A stretch of DNA of 64,000 bases from Lama guanicoe (taxonomy: Eukaryota), in NCBI GenBank assembly GCA_013239625.1, contig MU053652.1, forward strand, positions 3,461,902 to 3,525,901. The letters run 5' to 3'. Under the pieces are notes generated by a model, which made no database searches, was not told where the DNA came from, and was given only the letters and a program-made list of their open reading frames with translations. The position numbers and the translations under genes were made by a program. Below, one piece after another: positions 1 through 15,455 of the stretch. How positions within the stretch are numbered: the first letter of the stretch is position 1; the number at the start of each line of letters is the position of its first letter.

Positions 1-189
<189 letters not shown>

Positions 190-254
190 TAATTAATTTT
201 CACTGTGATTTAGAGTTACTACCAATGAAAAACTGTTCAAGTTTAATTCAGCTT

Positions 255-430
255 AGTTTTCATTTCTTCATTCAACAAATATCTGAGTGCTTGCTATGTT
301 CCCCAAACTGGGAATACAGCAGGAAGGGACATGGTCTCTGCCCCTCATGGAAGCAATATTCTAGTAGAAGAGACAATCAAATTAATAAACAGTACAATTC
401 CAGATAATCATGAGTTCTGTGAAGTGAAGA
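255..430 (-). mobile_element. L2 3' end fragment
   Basis: cattcaacaaatatctgagtgcttgctatgt is the reverse complement of the typical L2 tail. Confidence 0.55.
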
Positions 431-843
431 AAAGTAAAGTTTGAGGGTGATAAGATTTATAATTGTTACTGTCCCTGAAATGCCTTTCCTCCTTTTCTAC
501 ATTTTCACCTTTCAGGACCAAGGAGATTTCTACTCCATTGATTCCCCACCTCAGTTTCCTCGGTCTTCTTTTCTGTCTGCTCTTCAGTAGTTCGTGGGTA
601 TAAAGGGTCCTATGGCCATTAAAGTAAATTCCAAAGTGTAATACACACATTAATCTAAAGTCTGTGATAGACAGGTGGTGTGGCAGGTAGATGAGCAAGA
701 GTTCTGGAATCTGCATACCTGAGTTAGAATCATGGCTTCAATAACTAGCTGTGTGCGCTTGCAAAAGTCACGTGACTTTTTTACAACTGTTGATCTTTAA
801 AATGAAGGAGAACATGTTTATTGTAAAAAATTGTAAGGATTAG

Positions 844-1170
<327 letters not shown>

Positions 1171-1463
1171 TAAATTAAACAGGTCTACAATAAATTGTCT
1201 TAAGACCAATGATTATCATTCCTGTTTATATAAATTGAATGGAACTGACATTCACCACCTCATGAAAGTTTGTTCCATAGACTGATTACTGTTAAAACTA
1301 AGTGAATAACTTTTGCTGCATTGAAGCCACTTTCTTATTTTGAACTCTATGGAAATGGTAAACAACTAATTTGTATCCTTTGGTAATAAAACTGTATATA
1401 ATTTAGCAACCAAATCACTCTATTACTTGCCCATTTCCTGAAGGAAAAGAGTCAGTTCACTAA

Positions 1464-1784
<321 letters not shown>

Positions 1785-3354
1785 TAACTATTTTAGAATT
1801 GGGAGTTTTGAATTGAAAATCATCTAGTGAGTGGAAACTCCTCTTTTATCAATGCAGCATCCCAGGAACTGTGGTAAATTGATTTGCCCAAAGCACCTAT
1901 TTAAGAGCTGAAAATGGAACCCAGATTTCCTGACAATAGTTAGAAGTTCTTTATACCACATCTTAAAATGAAAGAAAAGATTTGGATTTTGCAAAGATAA
2001 TGAACTGAGGCGGACCATTTAGGATCTTTCTGCAGGGTCTTTAAAACAAGTTGAAACAGTGGTAATTTTTTACTTTAGTTTCCTTTATTCATGTTTTCCC
2101 TCTTTCTTTGTTTCTTTATGTGAAATTTTTATATATCCTTATAGAAGTTTAATGCTTTTCATCATGTTGAAGTATCTTCTAAGCTAAGAACTGAGATTGT
2201 CATGTTTTTGACTCTTGAGTATAGACACTCTCAGTGGAATGATTGGAAACCTTTATTCCGTCTCCCATGGTAACGTGGGCTTTTGTTCTGATTTTTAGGC
2301 TTCATAGAAGCAAAATTGACAAATTTGAAATTGTGACTCCTGCCTGAAGCATAAGACTATAAAAGAGGCATTAAAGGGGGGATGAGCATATTTTCAGATG
2401 TTCTCACTGGTTGGATTAATACCTCTTATAGGTACTAATTAAATGAGGAATGTCTGGAAATGAAACACAGTGAAACACACTTGTGTACCCTTGCCCTTTT
2501 ACATAATATTTCATTGTAATGAAATTCCATACTACTGACTACCCAATGATAGTTTTGCAAGTAATAGAATTTAGAAAATTTTCTACAAGTATTATGAGAA
2601 AATATTATGAGGATAATTTATAACCCATAGATAAATTAAGGTTTTTAAAATAGTTTGTTTTCATGGGAAAAGTACCATTTGATCATTATAGAATGTTAGG
2701 AAACTAGACGAAAAATCACTCATCATCCTAGCACCCAAACATAATTTCTGTTTAATGGCTACTTAGTACTCATCTAGTGGATATACCCTGGTTTATCCTT
2801 GAATATTTAAGTTATTTTTATTTCTAAAGAACTATTATTAATCTGTACTAGTTAGCTCTTTCCACAAAGTTTACAACATTGCTTAATTATCTTTTTTCTA
2901 CTAGATTGTAAGTGCCCTTAGTACAAGACTTTGTGTTTTTATTCATCTTTGTTTCCTTAGTACAGTGTATGGAATATAGATGGTAGAAAAATGTCTATTG
3001 AACCAAAGTAATACCTTAGAAAAGTTAATGAAATGAGTATTTATTTTTCTGGGGAAAAATGCTAAAATTGACTAAGTAGTAGAAAACCTAATTATAAATC
3101 AAGAAAATTTTAATACTATTAATCAAATACATTCACAGACCACATTAGGGCCCTGAAGTTTTACTATTGAGTTCTTTTAAATTTTCAAGAAGCAATTATT
3201 TTTCAAACCTTTGATTATGGAAATTTTCAAACATGCCTAAAAATGAAGGGACCAGTACAATGAACTCCTGTGTATCTATTTCCCATCTGCAGCAGTTATC
3301 AACATTTTGCTATTACATGAACAGATCACTCTGACCCTATAAAACATGTTAGAA

Positions 3355-3510
3355 GTGTAACTCTAGGGTCAGAAAACTGGAAAGAAGTCCTGGTGTGATC
3401 TTGAGCAAGTTACCTAATCTCTTATATCTTATATATAAAATTAATACAATAATATTTATCTCACTGAGAGAATGAAATAAGATGATGAATATTAAGTGTA
3501 AAATATTATG
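3355..3510 (+). mobile_element. MIR fragment
   Basis: tgtgatcttgagcaagttacctaatctc...ataaaat core. Confidence 0.55.
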
Positions 3511-3724
3511 CCTGTTGAGGAAAAATAAACCAGTAATGAAACAGTAGCCCAAATACTGTCATAATATATATAAGGATTTAATATGTTAATTGAAATAAAA
3601 GAAAAATCAATTTGGAAGAGGATTAGCATTTTTATTTTCAAACAGCATTAAACAGTTGGAAGATTTGTTAACCCTTAATTTATTACAAACTAATATAAAT
3701 TGATCATGAAACCCCAATAGAAAA

Positions 3725-3741
3725 CCCATATTTTATCACTA

Positions 3742-3781
<40 letters not shown>
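3725..3781 (+). mobile_element. tiny retroposed insertion: 18 nt plus A39 with 17-bp target-site duplication
   Basis: gaaaccccaatagaaaa (3708-3724) and gaaacccgaatagaaaa (3782-3798) flank cccatattttatcactac+A39. Confidence 0.75.
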
Positions 3782-3783
<2 letters not shown>

Positions 3784-4472
3784 AACCCGAATAGAAAAAA
3801 TACTGGAGTAGCCAGGTAATAAATTAGTACCAGCAACCAGCTGTTTTAAAGTGTTATAAGGAAACACAAATTAAGTGTGCATTTTTTAAATTCTTGCATA
3901 TCATATAAACATTTTTAAATAGTAATGCTGATGGACACATCCAAAATAGGTACTCCTATCTATTAACTTAGTATAACATTTTCATTTAATAGAATGGGAA
4001 TATGTATTTAAAATGTCCATATATTTTGATCAAATCATTTCAGTTCTAGGAATCTCCTAAAGGAAGTCATCAGAAATTGAGCAAAGATTTATGTACGGAG
4101 ATGTTAATCATAACATTATTTACAGTTAACCAAAAATTGTAGACAATCTGAATGTCTAGAATATGAGACTGTAAAATAAACAATGGTATATTTGTACAAT
4201 GAAATGTTATACAGCCAGTAAGAGTAATATTTATAAAGGAGTTTTAGAGAAAAATGCTTGTTAACTTTAAAAAAACAATATAAAGCTAAAGGATGTTATC
4301 TCAATTATATAAAAACAAAAATATATTGACATATATGTACATGTAAAGATTTGAAAATACACAAAATGTGGAAAAGGATTATAGTATCTCTAGGTGGTAA
4401 AGTTATAAGTATTCCTTATTTTCTTCATGCTTTCCATTTTTAGAAATAAGCTTAAGTTACTTCTTTGAAAAA

Positions 4473-5296
4473 TAGACTTTGTTTTTTAGAAAAGTTTTAG
4501 GTTTACAACAGAATCAAGAGGAATGGAAAGAGGTTTTCTGTATACCCCTGGCTCCCCGCCACAAGAATAGCCTCCCCCACTATCAACATATTCTTGCTCC
4601 AGAGTGGTACTAAACAGATAAGCCTACATTGACGCATCATTATCACCCCAAGTTCATAGTTTACATTAGTGTTCACTCTTGGTGGTGTACATTCTATGGG
4701 TTTGGACAAACATAATGACATGTATCCACCGTTTGATACCATTCAGAGTAATTTCACTGCCCTGAAAGTCCTTTGTGCTCCACCTGTTCATCTTCCCCTG
4801 ACCCCAAGCTCAACCCCTGGCAACTTTTTTCCAGAATCATACAGTATGTAGCCTTTTCAGGTTGGCTTCTTTCACTTAGTAATATGCATTTAAGATTCTT
4901 CCATGTCTGTTCATGGCCTAATAGCTCATTTCCTTTAGTGCTGAATAATATTCCATTGTCCAGATCTACCACAGTTTATCCATTGACCTACTGAGGGACA
5001 TCTTGGTTGCTTCCAAGTTTTGGCAATTATGAATAAAGCTGCTTATAAACATCTGTGTGCAGGGTTTTGTATGGACATAAATTTTCAACTTTGGAGAGTA
5101 AATATAAGGAGCAAGATTGCTGGATGGTATGGTAAGAGTATGCTTAGTTTTGTAGGAAACAGCCAAACTGTCTTCTGAAGTGGCTGTGCTATTTAACATT
5201 CCCCCCAGCAGTGAATCAGAGTTGCTGTTACTCCACATCCTCGCCAGTATTTGGTGGTGTCAGTGTTGTGGATTTCGGCAATTCTAATTGGTGTGC
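4473..5296 (-). mobile_element. L1MC1-like 3' end
   Basis: typical L1M 3'UTR text; homologous to 40400-40960; degenerate flanking repeat tact(t/tc)tttgaaaat. Confidence 0.75.
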
Positions 5297-5377
5297 TACT
5301 TTTTGAAAATCAAAAACCAAAACAAAAATCAATTTCAATTAAAGCAAAATAAAATAAAGTTCTTTTATTTTGTATAG

Positions 5378-5641
<264 letters not shown>

Positions 5642-6499
5642 TGACGTATTATTTTTATTACTTTGATACCTGTACATAAAATGTTTAGGTCTTTTACTAA
5701 TACACCTTGTGTAGCTTAGGAAAGAAAAATATCTTGTTTTAATATATGCAGTAAGAATTAAGTTGACCAAAATTTAAGGAGTAAAATATAGCTGAACTAA
5801 CAGAAATCTTGAACCTTTCATCCCCGTTACAATTGAAAGCTTTTTCATATAAGTTATAATTTCTGTTTAAAAGTTGAAGTTGTAAAATATTTTCGAAGTG
5901 ATGCATAGCAAAGCTTGTTGAAGTGATAGTTGTCTCCCTTCAAGGAGTCTTTGGAAAGGCTGGTGTGGCAGGGAAGGGTGGAGAGAGCGTGAATTTACTC
6001 CAGTAGTGCTGCCGTCTTCCAGAACATTTTTTAACTTGCCTTTAGTTTACCTTGGGAAACGATGTTAGCAAATCTTAATCTGTTTGGGGTGGATTTGATT
6101 ATTACAAAGTCAATTATTTGAAACCAAATTAGGTTATTGAACCGAGTAATGATTTTTCCCCCTCAGGAACTTTCACAAAAAGCACATTAGGTGCTAAAGC
6201 ATGGCCACAATGAGGAAGCCAGTTATTGGACCATGGCTCTTTGTGTCACTTGAAATCTTTGTATTGATTTTTAATTTAATTTTGCCTGAAAGTGCCAGAA
6301 ATGTCAAAGAAACAAATCAATATTACCTTGTTATTTGTTGATACATGCTTTTTCTTCTTTTTAAAATTTGACGTATTTCAAGGATACCGAAAATTACGGA
6401 GTAGGATACAAAGAACCCTATGTAACCTTTATGTTATCTTTGTCATATCCAGATTATTTTCTGACTTCCATTTTTATTTCCCCTTTGATCTAGAGGAGT

Positions 6500-9050
6500 C
6501 ATTTTAAAATATTGTTTGAAAGTGTTATTGGTGATTGGTGTTGCTTTTAATTTCCAAACATGTGAAATGAAAGGCTTTGTTATCTTTTTTTTCCCTAAGT
6601 GAATTGTACTATGGCTAGAGATTCTGATCTGTACACTATTAATTTTTTAATATTTTTTGAGACTTGCATTTAAGCCTGTTATATATGACCACTTTTTAAT
6701 TAATGGTTCTTGGTGTTCTGGAGAGAATGCATGGTCCCTAAATATTGGGCTCCATATTTGAGTCAAGCTTCTTGATGGTGTTCTTAAATTCTTTACCTGC
6801 TTGATCTGTTAGTTACTAGGAAAGTGTGTTAAAGGCTCCCATTGATTGTTTCTCATTAAATATCTCCTCGTAATACTGTCAAATATACATGAGATTTTGT
6901 TAAGTGCATGTAAATTCAGAATTGTTAATATCCTTCTGGTCAGTTATTCCTCTTACCTTTATCTCTTAGGTTTTTTGCCTTCAAGTCTGTTTTGTCTGAC
7001 ATTAACACAACTGTACTAATTTTCTTTTGGTTAGTGTTTGCCTTGTATATCTATGTCCATCTGTATGCTTTTAACCCTTCTGTGCCCATAGGCTTTAGGT
7101 AAGTATTTTGTACAAATTAATTTGTAAATAATCAATAGTTACTTGTGGGGAACTAGTTTGAGGCTATAAACATCCTGTTCCTCGTCAAATTTTGACTTAA
7201 TAGATTTAACATCCTTTCTGGATTCTTTTCAAAATTAATTATCACTGTATTGGTTGTCATAGTGTATTTCTAATACCATCATTCCTTCTTTATCCCTCTT
7301 ATATTTTCTAAACTTAGTGGGGGGTAGGATTTTACTATCTTAACCATTTTTAAGTATATAATTCAGTGGTATTAAGTACATTCACATTGCTGTGCAGCCA
7401 CATTTAACATTTATTTGTTGTCATTCTACTGTAAGAGCTTTTTCTTCTCTCCAATTAGGTCATTTATTTTGATAGTTAGATTGTCTCAGATTTGGCTAGT
7501 GTGATCGTCTGGCTTCTGTGTTCTTTTGACAAGATGCATCATTCTTTGAGCACTTTTTTTTTTTTTTCCTTCCCCACAAGATATTCCAGGCTCCTCTTGT
7601 ATTTTCCTCAGCTAACCAGCTCTGGAGTCAGCTTGTTTCTCCAAAGGGTTATGATTTGCTTTTAGTGAAGAATGGCATTTAGAAAATTAATGCCTGGGCA
7701 CTGAATATGCCTTGGTTAATGCAGGTCTGCTGAGCAAACAGCTAGGGAATGCATATGTAAATGTATATACACACACACACCTACCTTTATATATTTCTAC
7801 AACCATCCACCTGTATATATATTAAAAACCAGGAGTTCATATGATACCAGTCCAGCTATTCAGGGTTTATTCTAGTCTCCTCCCTTTCTATATTTGATAC
7901 CCCTTTCTCCAATAGTGAGCAACCAGGCACTCACATTTCCTTTCTCACACACACACTTTTTTGCTGAGTGGCCACTTCATCACTAAATATTTCACATGCA
8001 TCTCTTAAGAACAAGGACATTTTCCTTTCTAACTGCAATATGATTATCGTACTTAAATTGTTATTATCCTTCATATTCACATACCCTCCAGTTGACCCAA
8101 TAATGACCTTTGTAGCTTTTTTCTTTTACTAGTGCAGTATCCAGCCAAGTGTCATATTACATTTAGTTGCCATACTTCTTTTGTCTTCTTTAATCTAGAA
8201 CATTTGTGAGTTTTTGTTTGCTTTTTGTCTTTTATGACATTTGCATTTTGAAGATACAAGGCTAGTTTTGCAGATTTGTATTTGTGTGATCTCATTAGAA
8301 TCAGGGTATTTTTGTTCCGGGTTTTTTTGAGGGGCTAGAATACAATTTAGGTGGCGGTGTGTTCCTTTCCATGTATCACATCAGGAGACATATGTATCAT
8401 TTTCTCCCTTTATTGGTAAAGTTAAATTGGATCACTTGGTCAAAGTGATGGCCTGATTTCTTTGTAGTAGCTTTTCCCTTTTGTAATTAATAAGTAATCT
8501 GTAGTATGATACTTTGAGACTTGTGATTATCCTGTTTCCCCCAGTAGTCTTTCACCTGATGTGTTTAGCATCCATTGATGATCCTCTCCTAAATTAGTTA
8601 ACACAGTGGTGGTTGCAAAATGGAGAATGTCTAATACTTTCATTTCGTCTACATTTGGTAGTTTAGTGTTCCCCTGTAAAGAAGAACTTTGTTTTACCCC
8701 TCAGCCCACAGTTTGTTTTAGCCAGTTTGGACTGATGGTTCTTTGTTTAGCAGTATCTAAACTCCTGGTTACCTAACTCATTGAGTTTTTTAATTTGTCA
8801 ATTTTTTTTTCGGTTTTCAAAGTTTTATTTGGTTTTCTTTCAAGTATGCCTGATTTATTCTAGAGAATCTTGTTTTGTTCTTATGTTTTGAATTCTTTTT
8901 CCTATCTTAACCACTTTAAACATACTTTTTAGAAGTCTGTCCTGTAATTCAGTTATCTAAAGCTCTTGGAGATTATGTACTAAGATTTTTATCTTGCTGA
9001 CTCATTTGCTTGGAGACACATTTCCTGTGATTGGTGTATTTTTTGTTTGT
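6500..9050 (-). mobile_element. cluster of old L1M (L1MC/L1MD/L1ME-like) fragments
   Basis: T-rich degenerate L1 text; boundaries approximate. Confidence 0.5.
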
Positions 9051-11163
9051 TTTTCGTAAGCTCATCTTCAGTAGAGTTTTATCTGTGCTTTGTCTGTCCT
9101 GGGCAGGCTAGGTGGAAGCCTTGTTTCCTCCTGGCAGTTTTGTATTTGCCTCTATCAGGTGCCTAAGGAATGTCATTGAGCTTCAACTAACATAAGTAAT
9201 TTCTGGTCTTAGAGTTTCCTGGACCTCACAGGTAGCGTAAATGTGCACTCTAAACCCATGTGAACATGGATCTATAAATCTAAATCTCTGGGGATTTTTT
9301 TCTTTAAACAGCCTAAGACAGACAAGCTTCCTTGTTATCTCCTGGTGTCAGTGGGCAGATGTTTTTTTCTAACTCACTGAGAATGCGGCACTTTGAGGTT
9401 CCTGGCTCTATGCCAAGTGAAGGGAATAGAGATAGGAAGACAGTCTCAAGCCAACTCTGCCTCTCCTGGGCCTGCATCCACATTTCCCGTTCCCAGGCAC
9501 TGAAATCCAAGCTGTTAGGTTTCCCAAAGCCTACAGAATTCTCCCAAGCAACCACAGCATTGCACACAGGCCACTGGCCGCTCTGATTTTCAGTTCCCTC
9601 TTCGTTTTTTGCCACTGACTATTCCTCTCACTTTTTTGCAAGCTCCATCATTATTCATTTAAATTATATGTTTTAATTTGATAAACAATTATATATATAT
9701 ATATAGTGGGAGATGTTTCAGGTTACCTGGTTTGTTAATTTTGCCAGAATTCCACATCTCTGTGTGCTTTGATTCTTGGGTCTTTGGGGTTCTGTAGCTA
9801 CAAGTTTTGTGCTATTTTGGTGGTGGTGATCATTACAGAAAGGCCTTATTTTGTCACTTCTTGCTATATAGATTTTCCTTGGACTTCGGCTGATGTACAA
9901 CAAATATTAAAACTTATTTCTATCATCTATGTAAACTTCTTTTATCATCTAAAGCCAGTCTTCCTTGAAATTTTTCTTGTTTTAATTTTTCTCAGCTTGA
10001 TTATCATTTTTAAAGTTAATAGTCAAAATAATTAATCAAAATAGAATAAACTTTGTGCTCTATTATGACCATGTCACTTACCTTCCTTTTCTGTTCCCTA
10101 TTTATTGAATCATTTGTGCTTGTTTAAAACTTCTTAACATTAATTCATTCCTGTAAGTCAATTTTGCCAAAAGTCCTACTTGAAAATTGTTTACACCAAG
10201 TGTGATACTTCTTTACTATACGTAATTATTATTATTATTTTTTACCAGCATGAAACATACTTTAACCAGCGCTACTAGCACATGACAGGCAAACTTTCAA
10301 GGTTTTGATGCTGTGACTTGTAATGCTGCCATATATCCCTTTCATGGTTTCTCATCCTTTGTGCCTATAAACATCACAAGAAAAGCAACTTTATTATTTT
10401 ATAGTGATTTATTTTAAAATTTCTCCTAGGCTAAAAAATTAGTTTCTATTTGTGATTTTTGTGTGTGGGTATGAAATATCAATTGATATTTTTTATTTCA
10501 GTTAAAGTACGAAAACATAAGCTCTTCATAAGTATCATATACTTGTCATTGAAAATTTGCTGTTTATTCAGGTACTGTGCTAGATGCTAGGGAAAAAAAT
10601 TACTCCCAGCCCTCAAGGAGCTCAGATTCAATTTGGAAAAAGAGACAAACTATAACTTTAAAGTGGGAAAAGTATTCTGGTAGTTGCCGCTATAGGATTA
10701 AGTCCCTAAGTGTAACTATTTACATTTCCTAAAAGTAAGTTTATAAATTTAGAAGTGTAATCAGCAGATGGTCTCTTTTAGTACAACACAAGAATTACTA
10801 CAGGCAATAAATGGAGCACAGCGTACGTAGCACAGGGAAGAGTGAGTTTAGCTGCCAGCCAAAAAGAGTAGTTTATTAATAGGAGGCTGTAGTTATCCCA
10901 TTCAGAAAGAGCTTCTAAAAATTCAAGCTAGAACTGCTTAGCCTGTTTATTTCCTGAAGAAATTTGTCTTTTGTTTCTAGCTAAATCATTTGAATGAAAC
11001 AAGCTTAATTTTACAACAAAAATAAACACAACCAGTTAGAGATTATGGCTCTTAAATTGATGCTGCTCAGAAAGCATTCTTTTTAATTTTTAGCACAAGC
11101 AGTCCGTGTTCTCTAAAGAAAAGATAATATTGGGGTGGAGCGGGAAGGCTTTGTCTTCCCTGA

Positions 11164-11451
<288 letters not shown>

Positions 11452-12014
11452 TAAAAATGACTTCTATTTCTGCAACTTTTTTTTGTAACCACTTTTACTG
11501 ATTAGAAACATAAATCTGGCACACATTAAACAATGGAAAGGCTCCTATCTAACTTTGTGTACCTAAAACTGAATTTTATTGCATGTTTTACTCTTTATGA
11601 CATTGACATGAGTGTCCTGCCTAAAACATTTTTCTTCATTCATTTATAAAAAGATTATCTCAAGTATCTGTACTTAACATACACAAGACTCTTGCTCTTA
11701 AAATACATTTGAATTAGAACATTTGACAGTCTGTAACTTTATCAGTTTAATACCTACTATAAGATTTTAATTTTGTTCTTAAAAACAAGAATATTCTTTG
11801 AACATACCAATGTAAGGAATTTTAAAAATATGTATGTGCATGAATAGCAACTAACTGGGTAATACAAATTACCACATAGTAATTAGATCAATATTGATGT
11901 TTGTGAAGTTTTTTCCAAAGTATTCCGAATATTTTTGAGGGTGGAAGAAGGAATAACTGATAGCTGGCAAGATTTTTCCTCACTGATTGTTCATTTTAAA
12001 CATATTTTTAATAG

Positions 12015-12167
<153 letters not shown>

Positions 12168-13122
12168 TAGAGGTGTTAATTATTAGTTAAAATATCAGAA
12201 CTAGTTATTATTTAAAAGTGTAATAACAGTGGTATATATATCAAGATAAATATGACATGTACCTTACGGTGTCTGTCTTCATGGGAGTTTTCTCACCTCC
12301 ATATTTTTAGCAAGTCCACGTATTTTGAGTGGATAAAGGAACAATGTATTTAGTTATTAAGATTTTCCCTTTCCCAACCTGTCAACTTTACTTTTCAAAG
12401 AGCTTTGCTGTCAGAGCCTGTTATGTGTCTAGAAATGTGAGGGAGACAAAAGCAAGGTGCTTACCCTGAGAAAACTTCCAAGTTAGAGAAGGTAACATAC
12501 ACTTGAAATTATTTCAGAATATATCAATTTCTTCAATTTTTCTAGAGAACCCTCTAATCTTTGGCCTGGAGGTTGGCAAGGCCAGCTCTCGATATACGGA
12601 GTGAGTGAGTTCCCTTGGTTCAACCCTGCCTCTTCCCTTCTCTGTGGTGCCCTGAGTCCCAGGTTCCAGGGGGCAGATCGGCCCCTCCTCCACTGCAGGG
12701 AGCTCCGTTTGGATGCTGTGGTGGCTGCCGCTTTCACTGTTTGATCCTTCAGCACTCACCCATCACTCTACGTTTTATAGGAATATATTGAAATCACTTG
12801 TACTCCTTTTGTATTCTTCTCCTGTAATTTAAATAGGATATCAAGAGGGAGTGATGGTAATAGCAGCCTGCTTTCTCAAACCAGAAACCTGGTTGGCTTT
12901 CTGGGAATGAGGCCTAGATCTCTCTCCTGGACCCTGTAGATAATTTTATTGCAGCCTAAGAGTGGCTAACAAGTAGGACACATTTAATAAATGTTGGAAG
13001 AATGACCGAGTGAAATGATGTCCTAGAACGGTACTTCCTTTTTACACTTGCAGACTTATCTAAAAATACTATTATATTTAAAATATGAAGTCTTGGTCAG
13101 GAGTATTAGCTTAGAAGGAATA

Positions 13123-13440
13123 CAAGCACAATCCCTTATCTGAATTCCTTAGGCCACAGTGTTCTGAAATTTAGAGTTTTTTAGATTTTTTTTAAAGCAT
13201 TTACTATATATTTTGTAATATACTAGCAGAGTCTAGTTAGTACTCAGTAATCAACCACATTAATATTTCGAAGCAAATGAATAGTCTCACTAAGTAGGAT
13301 AAAGTCTAAAATAGCTTCATAGCCATTCAGTTCAGGTCTTGCCAGTATATTAAATTTCTTGCTAAATGGATTATAGAAGACTTCCCATTTTCAGAGGGTT
13401 TTTTTAATTCAAAAAATTTTATAAGTAATTATATAGACTT
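13123..13440. mobile_element. MER46C-like Tigger DNA transposon remnant
   Basis: caatcccttatctgaattccttaggccacagtgttctgaaatttaga start resembles recalled MER46C. Confidence 0.5.
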
Positions 13441-14140
13441 ATATTTCATCTGAAGCTTTTTTCACCCTTCTATTTTGTGGTTAAACAGAAGCGTGGAACC
13501 AGAAATGGTGGTTGAAGTTGCTGTGAACACACAGACAAAACACACAACACACAAACCAGTTGGGGTGTTTCCTTGGACAGTCTTCACATCCCAGAATTAG
13601 TTTGATATTAGCCATGCAAAGTGGCATTTGAAATGTCTAGTCCTGAAGCAATATTATAATAGTCACAAACTATTGGAAATATAATAAATATGTTTTCCAC
13701 ATGGTTAGGGAATTTGGTGAATCTGTTAAAAGTTGATCAGTTATGTTAGTTTTTAAAACTATTTTACTAATCACAAGCCAGTATAAATACTACATGTATA
13801 AATGTGTAAATAATTACCCTGGAGATGTAAACTGAAGATGATCCTTTTAGCTAAGTATAATATTCGTAGAAAGAAGAATTTAAGAAAAACTTAACATGTA
13901 ACTGAAAGTTTTACATCTTCTTCAGAAAAAAACAGGCATGTGATTAAAGGATATAACTTAGTTAACTGACACCCCGATAGCATATTTGCTTAACTCTCTA
14001 GACTTCAGCTAGCTACTACTTCCATTCTCTTCTACTACACTCTGTTAATATTTCAAGTATAAGACAGTAAAAAAGTTTCATGAAAATAGAGATATGCTTT
14101 AGAATTGGGTGTGTGAAATCTTGACTTCATTTCTTCCTAG

Positions 14141-14242
<102 letters not shown>

Positions 14243-14376
14243 TGAAAATAGAGCCCAGCATTTGAATTCCTTCAATCTGCCAAGTGGAGAATTTCTTCTT
14301 GTAATGGGCTATTTAACAACATCCTCTGTTATCTTGAGGTAAAGGAAAAAAAACTAAATGTCTACCTTATAGCTTT

Positions 14377-15455
14377 TTAAAAATATGTAACCATTTTATT
14401 GAGACACATACAGTTCACCTATGTAAAGTCTATAATTGAAAGGTTTAAGTTATGCAGCCATCACCACAATCAAGTTTAGACTATTTCATCACCCAAAAAA
14501 GAAACCCTGCATACCTGTTTCCTACCACCACCCATTCCCCAGGCCTAGGCAACTACCAGTCTGCTTTCTGTCTCTATAGTTAGGCCTGTTCTGCTGTATA
14601 TTTCATCTAAATGGCATCATACAATATGTTGTCCTTTGAGACTGGCTTCTCTCACTTAGCATAATGTTTTCAAGGTTCACCCACATTGTAGCATTTATCA
14701 GTATTTCATTTCTTTTTATTGCCAAATAATATCCCATTTTTTGGATCTATATTTTGTTTACCTGTTAATCAGTTTATTGACATTTGGGTTGTTTTCACTC
14801 TTTTGGCTATTATTAATTATACGAGCAGTTGTGTACAAGTGTTTGTGTGAATATATATTATAATTTCTCTTGGGTATTACCTAGGAGTGGAATTGCTGAG
14901 CCATATGATAACTCCATGTTTAACTTTTGAGGAATTGCCAGACTGTTTTCTAAAGCAGTTGCACCATTTTACATTCCCACCTGCAGTGTGTGAGGGTTCC
15001 AGCTTCTTACAACCTTGCCAATATTGTTATTATCTATCTTTTTGATTATAGTTACCCTAGTGGACATGAAACGACATCTCTTTGTGGTTTTAGTTTACAT
15101 TTCCCTGATGGCTAATGAAGTTGAGCATCTTTTCATGTATTTGGCTGTTCCTGTGTCTTCTTAGGAGAAATATCTTTTCAGATCCTTTACCCATTTTTTT
15201 CCCCTTTTACCCGTTTTGTGTGTGTGTGTGTGTGTAGGGGGAGGTAATTAGGTTTATTTATTTCTTTATTTTTAGAGGAGGTACTGGGGGTTGAACCCAG
15301 GACCTCATACATGCTAAGCATACACTCTACCACTTGAGCTAGACCCTCCCCCCCACCTTTTACCCATTTTTTAGTTGGGTTACTTGTCTTTTTATTATTG
15401 AGTTGTAGGTGTTCTTTATATATTCAAGATACAAGTCTTACTAGATATTATTTAC
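14377..15455 (-). mobile_element. L1MB-like 3' region, interrupted by a SINE
   Basis: cctaggagtggaattgctg...ttgcaccattttacattcccacc typical L1 antisense text. Confidence 0.8.
15237..15354 (-). mobile_element. tRNA-derived camelid vic-1-like SINE with (CA)n tail
   Basis: minus-strand A box tagctcaagtggtagag and B box gggttcaacccc; TSD ccttttaccc(g/a)tttt at 15203-15217 and 15356-15370. Confidence 0.85.

Noticed and set aside
4503..4742. ORF peptide LSKPIECTPPRVNTN nearly identical to ORF 40682..40945, suggesting a small gene family
   Set aside because: Both are chance translations of homologous L1MC1-like 3'UTR copies in opposite orientation.
15290..15354. tRNA-like A and B boxes as a tRNA gene (also at 60845-60920)
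   Set aside because: Attached to a SINE body and AT-rich tail, with a TSD at the first copy. These are SINE heads.
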